The notes under the pieces: generated by a model
Databases searched by the model: none
The model's input: the letters and a program-made list of their open reading frames with translations, nothing else
What the model was told of the DNA's origin: nothing
Made by a program: the position numbers and the translations under genes
NCBI GenBank assembly: GCA_034521595.1
Contig: JAXHMG010000003.1
Coordinates: 992,001 to 1,056,000, forward strand
DNA: 64,000 nt
Direction of reading: 5' to 3'
Origin: Gemmatimonadota bacterium
GTDB lineage: Bacteria; Gemmatimonadota; Gemmatimonadetes; Longimicrobiales; Gaopeijiaceae
Shown here: positions 10,830-21,134 of the stretch, in pieces
Numbering within the stretch: position 1 is the stretch's first letter
Layout of the letters: each line of letters starts with the position of its first letter

Positions 10830-12290
10830 CTAGTGGTACGACCGGCGCGCCTTCCACGTCTCGCGGTGGAACAGCACCAGAACGGTGTAGATCTCCAGGC
10901 GGCCGACCAGCATGAGGAACGAGAGAATCGCGAGCGCGGGCTCCGACATCCAGCCGTAGTTGTCCGTGGCACCCACGGCGCCGAACCCGGGGCCGACGTT
11001 GCCCACCGTGGCGATGCTCGCGCCGATCGCCGTGAGCGGATCCATCCCCAGCAGGCCCATCACGAGCGCGCCGGACAGACAGAGCAGCAGGTAGAGCACG
11101 ACGAATCCGATCACATGGGCGAGCACGTCTTCCTTGATAGGCTTTCGGCCGATGCGCGCGACGAGGATCGCTCGCGGGTGGAGCGTCTTCCGGATCTCGT
11201 TGAGCGTGTGCTTGAGCAGGAGCAGCACCCGGACCGCCTTGATGCCTCCCCCGGTCGATCCCGCCATGCCACCGACGAAGAAGAGGGTGAAGAGGACCAT
11301 CTGCGCGCCGGGCACCCATGACTCGTAGTCGGCGCTCACGAACCCCGTGGTGGTGATGATCGCGGCGCTCTGGAAGAGGCCGTGTCGGATGGCCGGCTCG
11401 ATCGCGTCGTAGCTCCCCGCGGTCAGGTTCAGCGCGGCTATGACGGCGGCCGCGCCGAGGAGAAGGAGGGTGAAGAAGCGCCATTCCTGATCGCGGACGT
11501 ACATCGGCCGGCCGGTGGCGGCTTTGAAGTGGAGCGCGAAATTCACCCCGGCCAGGTACATGAACGCGATCGTGACCCAGTGGATGTAGGGGGATTCGAA
11601 GGCCGCGAGCGACGCGTCCCTGGTGCTGAATCCCCCTGTCGCGAGCGTCGAGAAGCTGTGGTTGACGGCGTCGAACCATCCGACTCCGCCCGCCACGTAG
11701 AGGAGCGTCTGGACCAGCGTCAGGCCGACGTACACCAGCCACAGGAGCTTGGCGGTCTGCGTGATCCGGGGCCGCAGCCGCTCGGGCGTCGGTCCGGGGA
11801 CCTCGGCCTGGAAGAGCTGCATGCCACCGACGCCGAGGTAGGGCAGGATCGCGATCACCAACACGATGATCCCCATGCCCCCGAGCCAGTGCGTGAGCGA
11901 CCTCCAGAAGAGCATGCCGTGGGACAGCCCTTCGATCTCGGAAAACACGGTGGCGCCCGTCGTGGTGAAGCCGGACATCGCTTCGAAGACGGCGGCGACC
12001 GGCGAACCCAGGGTGCCGGTGAGGAGGTAGGGCAGGGCCCCGAAGATGGCGGTCGCCGCCCACGCGAGGGTCACGATGGCGAAGCCTTCCCGGGTCGTGA
12101 CGTCGCCCTCGAACGTGGTCGTCTTGTAGACCGCACCGCCGACGGTGAAGGTGATCGCGGCGGCCGCGAGGATCGCCAGGGCGGACTCGGCCTCTCCGTA
12201 AATGGCGGCGACGCCCGCCGCCGATGCCATGAAGAGCGCCACGAAGACCTGCAGGAGCCCGACGACGTTCGCGACTTTGCGGAGTGACAT
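10830..12290 (-). CDS. trkH: Trk potassium uptake membrane protein
   Basis: FEAMSGFTTTGAT, WLGGMGIIV, GSTGGGIK, GRLEI. Confidence 0.95.
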   Translation of the reverse strand: MSLRKVANVVGLLQVFVALFMASAAGVAAIYGEAESALAILAAAAITFTVGGAVYKTTTFEGDVTTREGFAIVTLAWAATAIFGALPYLLTGTLGSPVAAVFEAMSGFTTTGATVFSEIEGLSHGMLFWRSLTHWLGGMGIIVLVIAILPYLGVGGMQLFQAEVPGPTPERLRPRITQTAKLLWLVYVGLTLVQTLLYVAGGVGWFDAVNHSFSTLATGGFSTRDASLAAFESPYIHWVTIAFMYLAGVNFALHFKAATGRPMYVRDQEWRFFTLLLLGAAAVIAALNLTAGSYDAIEPAIRHGLFQSAAIITTTGFVSADYESWVPGAQMVLFTLFFVGGMAGSTGGGIKAVRVLLLLKHTLNEIRKTLHPRAILVARIGRKPIKEDVLAHVIGFVVLYLLLCLSGALVMGLLGMDPLTAIGASIATVGNVGPGFGAVGATDNYGWMSEPALAILSFLMLVGRLEIYTVLVLFHRETWKARRSYH

Positions 12291-13633
12291 CAGGAAAACA
12301 TCTGTTCGACGTCGTGGATCGCTGCAGGGAGCGCGAAGACGATGACGTCGTCATCCACGAGGATGCGGTCGTCGCCGCGCGGGACGATGATCTCGTCCCC
12401 GCGAAGGATCGCGCCCACGACTGCGTCCTTGGGGAAGCCCACGTCGCGCAGGGCCTTGCCCGCGATGGGCGCGCCCTCCTCGACCTGAAACTCGATGGCC
12501 TCGGCTTCGATGCCGGCCAGGCTCGCGACCGTGATGACCCGCCCGCGGCGCACGTAGCGGAGGATCGCGTTGACCGTCGAGACCCGTGGTGAGACGCTCG
12601 CGTCGATACCGACCCGTGGAACGATCCCGAGGTACTCGAACTTGTCGATCAGGCTCACCACCTTCCGGGCGCCGATCGACTTGGCCAGCAGGCTCGAGAG
12701 CAGGTTGGTCTCGTCGTTTCCCGTCGCCGCCACGAACCCGTCGATGCCGCTCACCCCTTCCATCTCCAGGAGCTCGAGGTCGGTGGCGTCCGCGTTCAGC
12801 ACGAGCGAGCGCGGGAGCTCTTCGGCCATCTCCACGCAGCGGCGTCGCTCCCGGTCGAGGATCGTACACTCGATCCCGTGCTGTTCCAGGACCTTCGCCA
12901 GGTAGAGTCCTTCGGTGCTCCCTCCCGCGATCATCACGCGACGGAGCGCGAACCGTGGGTGGCCCGCGAGGGGCGGGATGTCCTTCACCTCGTCGGTGGG
13001 AGCGATCAAGTAGATCTGATCGCCAACCTCGACGGTCGAGTTCGGGCCGGGCACTTCCGTGACCCCGTCGCGCACGATCGCGGCGGTGACGTAGTGACGG
13101 TCCTCGAGCTCCTCGCCGAGGGTGAGAAGCGTGCGCCCCGCGATCGGCGCGCCTTCGAGCACTTTGAGCCCGATGAGCTGAAGCCTTCCTTCCGCGAAGT
13201 GCGCGACATCGGTGGCGGCGGAGCTCTGGAGGAGCTGATACGTCTCCCAGGCGCACTCCCGTTCCGGGTTGACCATCAGGTCGATGCCCATCTGTTCGCG
13301 CGAAAGCACCGAAGAACGGTTGTAGTACTCCGGGTTCGAGATCCTCGCGACGGTGTACTCGACCCCGAGCTTTCTCGCCGTCAGGCAGGAGATGAGGTTG
13401 ACTTCGTCGCGACTGGTCACCGCCATGATGACGCGCGCGTTCCGCACCTCCGCCTCCTCGAGGACCGACATCGACGCACCGTTGCCGACGATGGTGAGCA
13501 CGTCGAGCTGTTGCTGCGCGAACTCCGCGCGGTCCGGATCGGTCTCGATCAGGACCACGTCATGATCTTCCTCGGAGAGGCGCTGGGCGAGATGAAATCC
13601 CACCTCTCCCGCGCCCACGATGACCACTCTCAC
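12290..13633 (-). CDS. trkA: Trk potassium uptake NAD-binding protein
   Basis: VIVGAGEVG Rossmann motif, two RCK N/C pairs. Confidence 0.95.
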   Translation of the reverse strand: MRVVIVGAGEVGFHLAQRLSEEDHDVVLIETDPDRAEFAQQQLDVLTIVGNGASMSVLEEAEVRNARVIMAVTSRDEVNLISCLTARKLGVEYTVARISNPEYYNRSSVLSREQMGIDLMVNPERECAWETYQLLQSSAATDVAHFAEGRLQLIGLKVLEGAPIAGRTLLTLGEELEDRHYVTAAIVRDGVTEVPGPNSTVEVGDQIYLIAPTDEVKDIPPLAGHPRFALRRVMIAGGSTEGLYLAKVLEQHGIECTILDRERRRCVEMAEELPRSLVLNADATDLELLEMEGVSGIDGFVAATGNDETNLLSSLLAKSIGARKVVSLIDKFEYLGIVPRVGIDASVSPRVSTVNAILRYVRRGRVITVASLAGIEAEAIEFQVEEGAPIAGKALRDVGFPKDAVVGAILRGDEIIVPRGDDRILVDDDVIVFALPAAIHDVEQMFS

Positions 13634-13765
13634 TGCGAGGGGTCTCCCGTTTGAGAAAAAAGGCACCGCATCGGCGTACGACCCGTCGGAAAGTAGCGCG
13701 ATCGCGCGTGTTTCGTAGGCGCCCCGTGGTGTCGTGGAAGGAGGTCGCTATCTTTTCGGTCCTTC

Positions 13766-13839
13766 GGGCCCGTAGCTCAGTTGGTCAGAGCAGCCGACTC
13801 ATAATCGGTAGGTCGCAGGTTCAAGTCCTGCCGGGCCCA
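13766..13839 (+). tRNA. tRNA-Ile2 (CAT anticodon, lysidine type); CCA not encoded
   Basis: GGGCCCG..CGGGCCC-A acceptor stem, TAGCTCAGTTGGTCAGAGC D-arm, GCCGA-CTCATAA-TCGGT anticodon arm, GGTTCAAGTCC T-loop; resembles ileX-type rather than Met tRNAs. Confidence 0.92.
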
Positions 13840-13852
13840 CTGGCAGACCTCC

Positions 13853-14545
13853 TCAATCCCCCTCCGGGTCGGGCGGTAGGCGGACTCTTGAACCCCGGTG
13901 GCTACCTGCTCCATCGTATCGATGTCGGGCTGCTGGTAGATGTTTGCCAGCACGTGCGCGCCCTTTCCAGCCGCCGAGGTGAGCGACGTCGCGCAAGGGC
14001 AGGTCGTTGCGGGCGGCGGCGATGCTCCGGAGGCAGTGCCACCCCTGGCCCTTCCGTCGCGGCACGCCCGCCGCCTTCTCGGTCCGCTTCCACCACTTCG
14101 TCGCCAGGCAGACGTCGATCGAGCCCTCGCTCGCGGGGGCGGGGAACATCGGGGCGTCACCGATCCCCGGTCGCTGTCGCATCATGCGCTGAAGCTCCGC
14201 ACGCAACCGCGGCGTGACCGGCGCCACCCACTCCCGCCCGAGCTTGTCGCTCTCGGCCCTCCAGCGAAGAGCGCCGTAGCTTGCCATTGGGGAGCCAGCT
14301 CCGAATACCTGAGGGCGACGATGGCCCCGATGCGACGACCGGCTCCGCCGGCGATCACCAGTAGCGAACTATGAAGGGATGGACCTGGTCTCCCGCCTCG
14401 ACCATGGCCTCGAACTCGGCGTCATCGAGCCATTCCCTCTTAGGGTTCTTCTCGGACGGGACCTTGAGGCCGCGGGTCGGGTCCTGGCTGAGTATGAACG
14501 ACCCGTTCGGACGCCGGGATGCGGCAGCCCATCGCAGACCTGCGC
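13853..14545 (-). pseudogene. Tyrosine recombinase (phage-type integrase), C-terminal part, frameshifted
   Basis: Across frames: GRRIGA (R), AESDK (K), GWHCLR (HxxR), LGGWK, NIYQQPD (Y). Confidence 0.85.
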
Positions 14546-14590
14546 CACCGCCGGGATTGTCGGAGGGCTCCAGTCCATGAGGATGGCGTC
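14545..14590 (+). repeat. Degenerate copy of the IS3-family left end
   Basis: ccaccgccgggattgtcggagggctccagtccatgaggatggcgtc vs IS start at 30967 tgaaccgcccgggattgtcggaggctccagtccttgagaggatggggtc. Confidence 0.8.
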
Positions 14591-14750
14591 GGCTGCGTTG
14601 AAGAAAATCGAAAAAGGGGCCGACGAACACCGTTGCGCCCCAAGATCCGTGCTCACCATTGACCGGGTCCTTCTCAACGATGTCATCCGCCGTGTGGCTC
14701 ACTGGCAGTCCCATCGACTCCCTGCAGTGGCGCAAAATCCCGCATTCATT

Positions 14751-15802
14751 CAATCAGTGCCCACTTTCCTCCGGTCCCATTCAGGAGCCATCGTCAGTAG
14801 CGCATCTTCAGCCCCTCCGCAATCGTACACTGGATATCCGGACCTGAGACGGCGGAGATTTAGATACGCATGTAGCTCAAAGCCCCTTTCAGGGGCGCAC
14901 ATACTCAGCGCACGCCATCAGTTACGATGAGCCGATCGCAGTCTGGACGGTCCTCTGCGTATGCTTGTGCTGGAGAGAGCGGACAAACAGGAGTTGCCCA
15001 TCTTTTTTGCCTCGACGACGACGCGGAGGGAACCGTCGGAGCGAGGGAGCCTATCGAACAACGCGACATCGACCCGGTTCCACTCCACTGCCATCCGCTG
15101 GGGTGTCCACCCGAGCGCCCGGAGAAGTGGCGTCACCAGATAAGCAACGGTTTCATGCTCCACGGCCGGCTCAGCGTCGTAATCATTTCGCGATCCGCAT
15201 CAACTCACCTATCTGGCTCACGAGGAATTGATAGACGAATGGCTACACCTCGGTCAAGAGGAACTCGGAAATAGCATCAATGCCGGTCTCGATGCCCGTC
15301 ACCGTCGACAGGCAGGTCGACGAGTTCCCGTTCCCACGCGTGCTGCGGGACCTCGAGTTCCTCAAGCCACTTCTCTACCGCCGGGCTGTCCAGCTCTTGG
15401 GGTATCACCGAGCTTCATGGCGTAGGTTTCAAATTCCCTAGCGCCGTTCTCCGCTCACAACCAGCGCACTCGCCGAACGTGTTGTAGATCCCAACCATCA
15501 ACATCGCCGAATTCGTCGCTCCAGAGATATTCACCGACGACCTCACCCACCCCGAGGACACGAGCAGTTCCCGTGCGCAGAACCACAATTTCGCCACTCT
15601 TCATCTCGTCGCAGAAGCGTCGAAGGTCCGTGAGCTTCCGCGCTGAGCGGCCGGCCCGGCGGAGGTCATCTTCGCACCCTGGCCAAGGGCCGGCAGACCC
15701 GGGTCCATTGAGAATGACATCCCACCTTAGGCATAGGCGGGCATAGTTTCGGTCTGTATCACCTGCTGCTTGCTGCCAAACTGTCTTGCCCGTGATGTCC
15801 AT
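14751..15802 (-). pseudogene. Putative nuclease: PUA/EVE-like N-terminal domain plus HsdR_N-type PD-(D/E)xK domain (frameshifted)
   Basis: N-term EMKSGEIVVLR..VLGVGEVVGEY..HVRRVRW; C-term ETVAYLVTPLLRALGW..RVDVALF..VVVEAKK..LIVTDG. Confidence 0.6.
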
Positions 15803-15833
15803 GTCTGCTCAGACGGATTGCGAGGTGAAGGGT

Positions 15834-15857
15834 GAAGAACGTTCAGGCTTGTTATGT
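15834..15857 (-). repeat. Collapsed attC-like site (outer ends only)
   Basis: aacgttcagg-cttgttatgt joins the two termini seen in the full repeats; lies between a gene end (15910) and the next ATG (15802). Confidence 0.5.
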
Positions 15858-15909
15858 GAGGTTCTGGGCCACCACTACCGCTGCTGGCTCTTCCCTCCAG
15901 GCGCAGCTC

Positions 15910-16644
15910 CTACACGGAGAAGAGGTCGATCCGAAAGTCCTCAACTCTTCGCTGCCCCGAAGGGTCGTCCCAACTGACAACTACCTCGAACTCAGTCGGC
16001 GAACCCATTGTGGGGGCCGCCAAGACGGAGACTGATTCACCCGGACGCAGCTTCGGAGCCGGGAACTTCCTTTCTCGTTCGTCCCCGACCAAGATCTTCT
16101 CATGACCACCGTTCAATGGAATGAGCTCCTGAAGATCAACATTCGTCGCTTCTGCGTTGCCAGTATTGATGAACTCAACTCGGCGGGTGCTTCCCGATCC
16201 GTGGCGTATCACCTGGACCGAAACGAACGCTTCGGCGTCGTCCGGTTGATGAGAAGCCGAATCCTCCATGGGCTCGACTGAAGGTGGATCCTCCTCAAGC
16301 ACTTCCGCAATGACGTCGTCCAACGCAAGAACGTGATGCGCCAGCTGAACAGCGGTCGTCTCAACTAGCATGTTTGCCACTGTGCTCAACAGCAAGGAGT
16401 TCGAGACGAAGCGCTCCATTGCTGGCGCAGCTCGGGGTTGTCGTCGTGAAATACCGAGCCGTAGAGCCAAGCTTCGAAGACGTCTGCGTGGGTCAGCCCA
16501 TCGAGCTCGACGTCTTTGCTCCTCAGCACGTCTAGATAACTGGCGCGTAAGCGTGAGAGGTGAGGGCGACGGTCCTCGCAGGACTTGGCTAAGATGTTGA
16601 GCGCGGTCAGAAAAAGCGCGCTCTTGTTGCATCTCCGCTAGCAT
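15910..16644 (-). CDS. Hypothetical cassette protein (may extend to 16846 via frameshift); beta-rich C-terminal domain
   Basis: 244 aa ORF between attC-like sites; C-term VEFINTGNAEATNV..FEVVVSWDDPSG. Confidence 0.5.
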   Translation of the reverse strand: MLAEMQQERAFSDRAQHLSQVLRGPSPSPLTLTRQLSRRAEEQRRRARWADPRRRLRSLALRLGISRRQPRAAPAMERFVSNSLLLSTVANMLVETTAVQLAHHVLALDDVIAEVLEEDPPSVEPMEDSASHQPDDAEAFVSVQVIRHGSGSTRRVEFINTGNAEATNVDLQELIPLNGGHEKILVGDERERKFPAPKLRPGESVSVLAAPTMGSPTEFEVVVSWDDPSGQRRVEDFRIDLFSV

Positions 16645-16903
16645 ACGTCCGACGGAGTGCGATCATGAAGGAAATGCAAGCGCTCGCTATCGTGACCCCT
16701 CCGGGAAACCGATAGCTGACTTCCGGAACGCGCGGATATGGAGACGCCGACATCGCCTCCAGACCGAATGATGGTCGACTCCAGGATATCTCGGCCGCAG
16801 CGCGGCGGACCGCCCGGAGTCGCGCTAGTTCATCCGCTTCAAACAAGGGCTCCCACGCCTCCGACGTTCCCGTTCAGGATTCCCGCACGTTCAGAACCGA
16901 ACG

Positions 16904-17023
16904 TCACAACGTCTCGCGCTTCCGCCGCACGCCCAACATGGTCGACTCACAGCGCAAGCTGCAAGGCGAGCGCTGCGGACCCATCTACCCTGTCCGCGAC
17001 AGCAGCAAACGCATTATTCAGCC
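16904..17023 (-). repeat. Divergent attC-like site
   Basis: Minus strand: GCTGAAT-AAT-GCGTTTGCTGCTG...CGGCGGAAGCGC-GAGAC-GTTGTGA. Confidence 0.5.
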
Positions 17024-17304
17024 GATACCGTCGAGACAGGGGATCGTACTGGCGATTGAGAAACGCCGAGACCGACTGCTCCCGTGGGGGCATTTGAGGT
17101 TGTACTGCACTTGCCTCACAGGCAGGTGCGGATCCGCGGCGCCTGAGGCGACTCACGGACTGGCGGGCCAGAAACTGAGCGAAAACCATGACCGGTCTAC
17201 GCGGGCCAAGTGAGTCCCGGTCAGCGGCTACGCCGGGCGCTCGAAATCCGGAACGGCTTCTTATAAGTTTGACTATGCACCGAAGAACTCGGAGAGGTCC
17301 CCGT

Positions 17305-17932
17305 TTACCGAGGCACATCTTCTCCGGCTCTCTCCTGTGCCTTGCTGAGGATAGAGCGTCTATGCGCTGCCCCGATCAAGAAGACGCCTACCGTGAAATG
17401 TCGATGCCGGGAATAGTCATCGATTCCCTGTAGCATCGCTTCTTCACGACGTTCATTCATGGTCGTCCAGGGACCGCAATCCATGACGCGACGATGGTCA
17501 ACGGCTTTGCGACCGGCGAGCCATTCGACCGTGTCCGGACTTTTGGACTCCGGACCAAGCCTGACTGGACCGTTCGCTATTCAGATAGGCGAATCCGGAT
17601 CTCTCGATCCACGACGCGTTCTCGTCGATCAAGCGGCAGTACTTGCGGCTGGTGCGTTCAATCTTCTGAACTAAGAAGCGTTTTGCTCGAAAGAACCCTT
17701 CGTCCGGCTGGGGCAGGTCTACCGGAACAATCGGCACCTTTTCGGTTTCTCGGTAGCGCCTTATGGCGATCGATCTGAGGTTGCTGCGGGTGCCGTCTAG
17801 GAAGTCGCCGAGAGCTGCTGGCGGGAGTTCAAGGAAATTATCTGGTCGGATCCGTTCGAGAATCGCAACGAGGCGGGGAACGGCGACGAGCCCTTCCTCA
17901 TGAGAGTCCCGACGAACTAGCACACGGGTCAT
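17305..17932 (-). pseudogene. Hypothetical cassette protein, TraB/TIKI-like motifs (frameshifted)
   Basis: HEE..LERIRPDNFLE N-term and GVFLIGAAHRRSI C-term in another frame; RBS-like GAGGG before the ATG. Confidence 0.5.
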
Positions 17933-17947
17933 TCCGCATCCCTCACT

Positions 17948-18023
17948 GACCTAGGCGGCATGTCTGAGGTTACGTAGGTCGAACCGGACGAAGTGAGCCG
18001 AGCGGGAAACATGCTCGTTAGGC
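17948..18023 (-). repeat. attC-like site (one arm intact, other degenerate)
   Basis: + strand gtaggtcgaaccggacgaagtgagccgagcgggaaacatgctcGTTAGGC matches the right half of the 22370/23674/33084 repeats. Confidence 0.7.
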
Positions 18024-18057
18024 GGCGTTGGGCCGTGTTCGGCCAGAGCGATCGCGA

Positions 18058-19025
18058 TCAGGTCACCAGTTCCAAGAGGTCGGTTTCAGTAATCTCTCTC
18101 ACCTCCAATCGACCGCGCTGCGATGCCGTGGTGGAATGCGGGAAGATGTCGATGACCAGGATGAAGAGAGACTTGTTGTTGTGCGAAAGCACGGGAAGAC
18201 CCGAAACCGTATCGCTCACGGCAAGCCCGAGATCTGCCTCGGACGTCTTGAAGACCACCAGATATCCGACGGGTTCAGTTGTAGTCCTGGGAGTAGATGT
18301 AGAGCTGATTGACCCCTCTTGCGAGGTAGGGGACGTCCTTGCCTGAGTCCGGATCGAAGATCTTGGCGTCCGCAATCAGTCGTTCCTCTCCGGTCTGCGC
18401 TTCGACCAGATCCGCCTCGCCGGACGCAGAAGCCGGTTCGATCGCAAAGTCGAGCCCCTGATCGAAGAGATATTGGTACATATCTAAGGCCAGCACCTTC
18501 TCGCCCCGCTTCTCCGCTGACTGCCACGTCTCAAAAAGTCTCGACCTGGAGAACCACTCGCAGCGGTGCTTGTAGCGAAGAAGGAGGCCGAGCACCGCCC
18601 GCCCGGTGTCCAGCTTCTCGTCGATGTACTCGTAGAGTGGCTCGGTCGAGAGCTCGTGTGAATTGCTCACCCCAACCCGACACGTGTGTCCCGTCTACCC
18701 GACCGAGCCGGTAGGAGACTGAGTACACTGGAGACCTCCCTCGTCGGACAGACTGGTGTTCGATGAGAGCGAGGGCGAGCGAAGCATGCTCTTCCTCCGT
18801 GGTCGGCTCGAAGAACCCCCCGGCCGTCAAGGAGCGGCTCAATCCGCTGGTTGGCATCTGGCACTTCTAGACGAAGGTCATCCAAAACACCCCAGAGTAA
18901 TGAGTGGCTCGAACGCCAATACTGCCTGAGCCCTAAGACGTAGTGGCCTCGGAGCGGGTCGAGTTAAGCCGACGCACTCGCTTCTGCAAACCGTATCGAA
19001 GTGCCTGCAAGACGTCGCTATTCAT
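18058..19025 (-). pseudogene. Cassette protein with C-terminal PD-(D/E)xK nuclease-like domain (frameshifted)
   Basis: MNSDVLQALRYGLQKRVRRLNS N-term; SGEADLV..RLIADAKIF..NQLYIYSQDYN..GYLVVF. Confidence 0.6.
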
Positions 19026-19113
19026 ATCCAGAACTCGATCTCGCCGAACGAGCGAAGGTGGTACTGAGTTCATCGACCGCACGACTACTTGCGCTCAGCT
19101 TTGCGGGCGCTGT

Positions 19114-19745
19114 TCATGTGATCGTCGAGTTGAAGGTTCCGCTTACATTCGGCGGCAGATGACTAGGTTCGAGTCCGGATTTCACGATCATCGCCGGGTT
19201 AAGGAAACCACACTTCGGGCATGGAACATCGATCTCCGCGTGATCGATGCCAAACACGGCATCAGGCATTTCCCTCCTTCTCTTCGAACCCGGCGGCGTA
19301 GAGCGCGACGAGGCCACTCGTGAGATCTAGGATATGCACGACGCGCCCATCCGCGAGGTGGATGCCGATCTGCACTTCGCCTATGCCAAAAGCACCCTTG
19401 CCGTAATGCCCTCGGCCCACAGCCTTGCTGGGCCGACGTGGAGACCGCACCAGGCGTCCCACGCCGAACAGGATCGAGCTCGAAGTGCTTCGATGCGTTC
19501 GCTAGGTCCGGCATGCCCGAGAATCTGATGCTACCAACTCACGAAGGCGATCCGGAGGGAAGTCACAGGTATCATCCCGTTCGATCCACTCCCGCAGGCG
19601 GTATCCGTAACCACGAAGTTGAAGGCCCCATCAGACGTCACCTCGTCGTCCAGAGCAGCCAGATCCCGCTTCAATTTCTTGAAGAGGTCCTCCGCCCCGC
19701 TAGGCCGTAGCGTAACGTTCCTTCTCCCCTTGTTATCTAGGACGC
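19114..19745 (-). pseudogene. Hypothetical cassette protein (frameshifted) followed by a small CxxC peptide
   Basis: EDLFKKLKRD..VTSDGAFNFVVT, DLANASKHFEL, GKGAFGIGE; then IDVPCPKCGF. Confidence 0.45.
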
Positions 19746-19787
19746 CCGCTCACCAGTCTGGACCCTCCTACCTGAAGGCTCAATGCC

Positions 19788-19881
19788 GCCTAACGTTCAA
19801 AGTTGCGGTCGTGGCTCGCGAACACGAGGCATGATCGTCGTAGTGAGCGTACCGAACGAAGCCGGCAACTGATTGTTATGT
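19788..19881 (-). repeat. attC recombination site (94 bp)
   Basis: Minus strand ACATAAC-AATC-AGTTGCCGG...CCGCAACT-TTGAAC-GTTAGGC; paired R and L boxes. Confidence 0.85.
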
Positions 19882-19884
19882 GTC

Positions 19885-21134
19885 GTATGTCGACGTCGAT
19901 CACCCCATCTGTGACAACCCTGCGCAACTGTTGCACCCGTCGGTTCGTGCCGGGCCTGGGCGCGCGCCGCCCTCGTACTGCGATGAGAGCGCGAGGATTC
20001 GTTCGGAAGAACCCCTCCGCCGCGGATACAGTGATGTCGGTGCGGGTCGGTGATCAACTCCCTATCGCCTTCCCCTCGAACTGGGAAACACGATGACCGC
20101 GGCCGGCCCAATGCTTCAAGAGGATCGTTGAGTTCAGGAGGTCGGTCTGAAACATCGAAACTAGCGCTGTATCTACAATGCGTTGGGTCCACGCCCACGA
20201 AGTAGAACATGAATACTGACTTTTCGTGCGAAAGAAACTCCAGGGCCTTGTCTAAGTTGTAAGCCTTAGGGTTGCAGTCAGGACCACGATCTTGGTCTTC
20301 ACGTCCGTCTCCAGTCAGGAAACCGTCGAACGCCCTCCGATAGTCCCCAGCGTGTTCTCAGTCTTGAATGCAGGGATGCCCTGGCTCGCCCCATGGGACT
20401 GAAGTGCCTGTATGATCTCCTGTCGCAACGTGTCGTCTTCCCCAGCGATCAGGTATTCATTACCTTGCCGCGCACGTTTACTTTTCTCATTAAGGCTGTA
20501 AGCACGATTTCGTTGCGGAACCGATCAACTCTTTATCAAGGCTCTGCTTCAGAGTCACGGCGTGTTGCGATTTCACAAACCGGACCGCCCTGTTCAGGAG
20601 CCGCCACGATCGAACGCCTGGCGAGGTCATTTACGACATATTTGTGACCAGTCGGCGAAATGTTGTTCGTCGCCTCGACAAGCCGAACGAGGTTGTCATC
20701 GAATCCCACAGATGCATGGATATTGAAGAGGCGCTCAATGTTGGCCGGGACATTTTGGATGCCCTGGAATTCCGTCAGGATATCCGAGCCGTTGAAGCTG
20801 CCCTTGATATTATCTACCGGTAGTCACGCGAACTATGACTGATTTTTCGGAGAAGAAGTGGTGTTCGCAAGAAGGACGAAATTCTCAGAAGGTGTCACGA
20901 GACAGACCAGAAACGGGAAGACGTTGACCTCTCGAGATTGGAGAGGGACAGGACCGTATTTGAGAAGCGCTTCTCTGCGGCGGAACTGAACCTTATGGCG
21001 AAATCCTCGCAGTAGAACACTGAGCGGTCTTTCGTTAGGCCAAACTGGGCCGTGACTATACTCGCCAGTCGCGCCTTGTCGTTGATCCCATGGTGGCCAG
21101 CGATCACTTCTAAGAGCTGATTGAGCTTGCTCAT
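19885..21134 (-). pseudogene. Probable type II restriction endonuclease (frameshifted)
   Basis: MSKLNQLL..FSNTVLSLSNL..VCLVTP..NIKGSFNGSDI; directly downstream of and overlapping a DNA methyltransferase. Confidence 0.6.

Noticed and set aside
13766-13839. tRNA-Met call from the CAT anticodon
   Set aside because: Lacks initiator features (C1:A72 mismatch, three G-C anticodon-stem pairs) and resembles Ile2 tRNAs; isotype should be confirmed with tRNAscan-SE.
13853-14545. Recombinase as the integron integrase for the array
   Set aside because: No IntI-like HxLRHSFATHLL motif or IntI insertion is visible; tRNA-adjacent position and xis fit a phage-type integrase.
18955-19025. gagttaagccgacgcac looked like an attC arm
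   Set aside because: It is the reverse complement of coding sequence (LQKRVRRLNS) at the start of the 18058-19025 gene.
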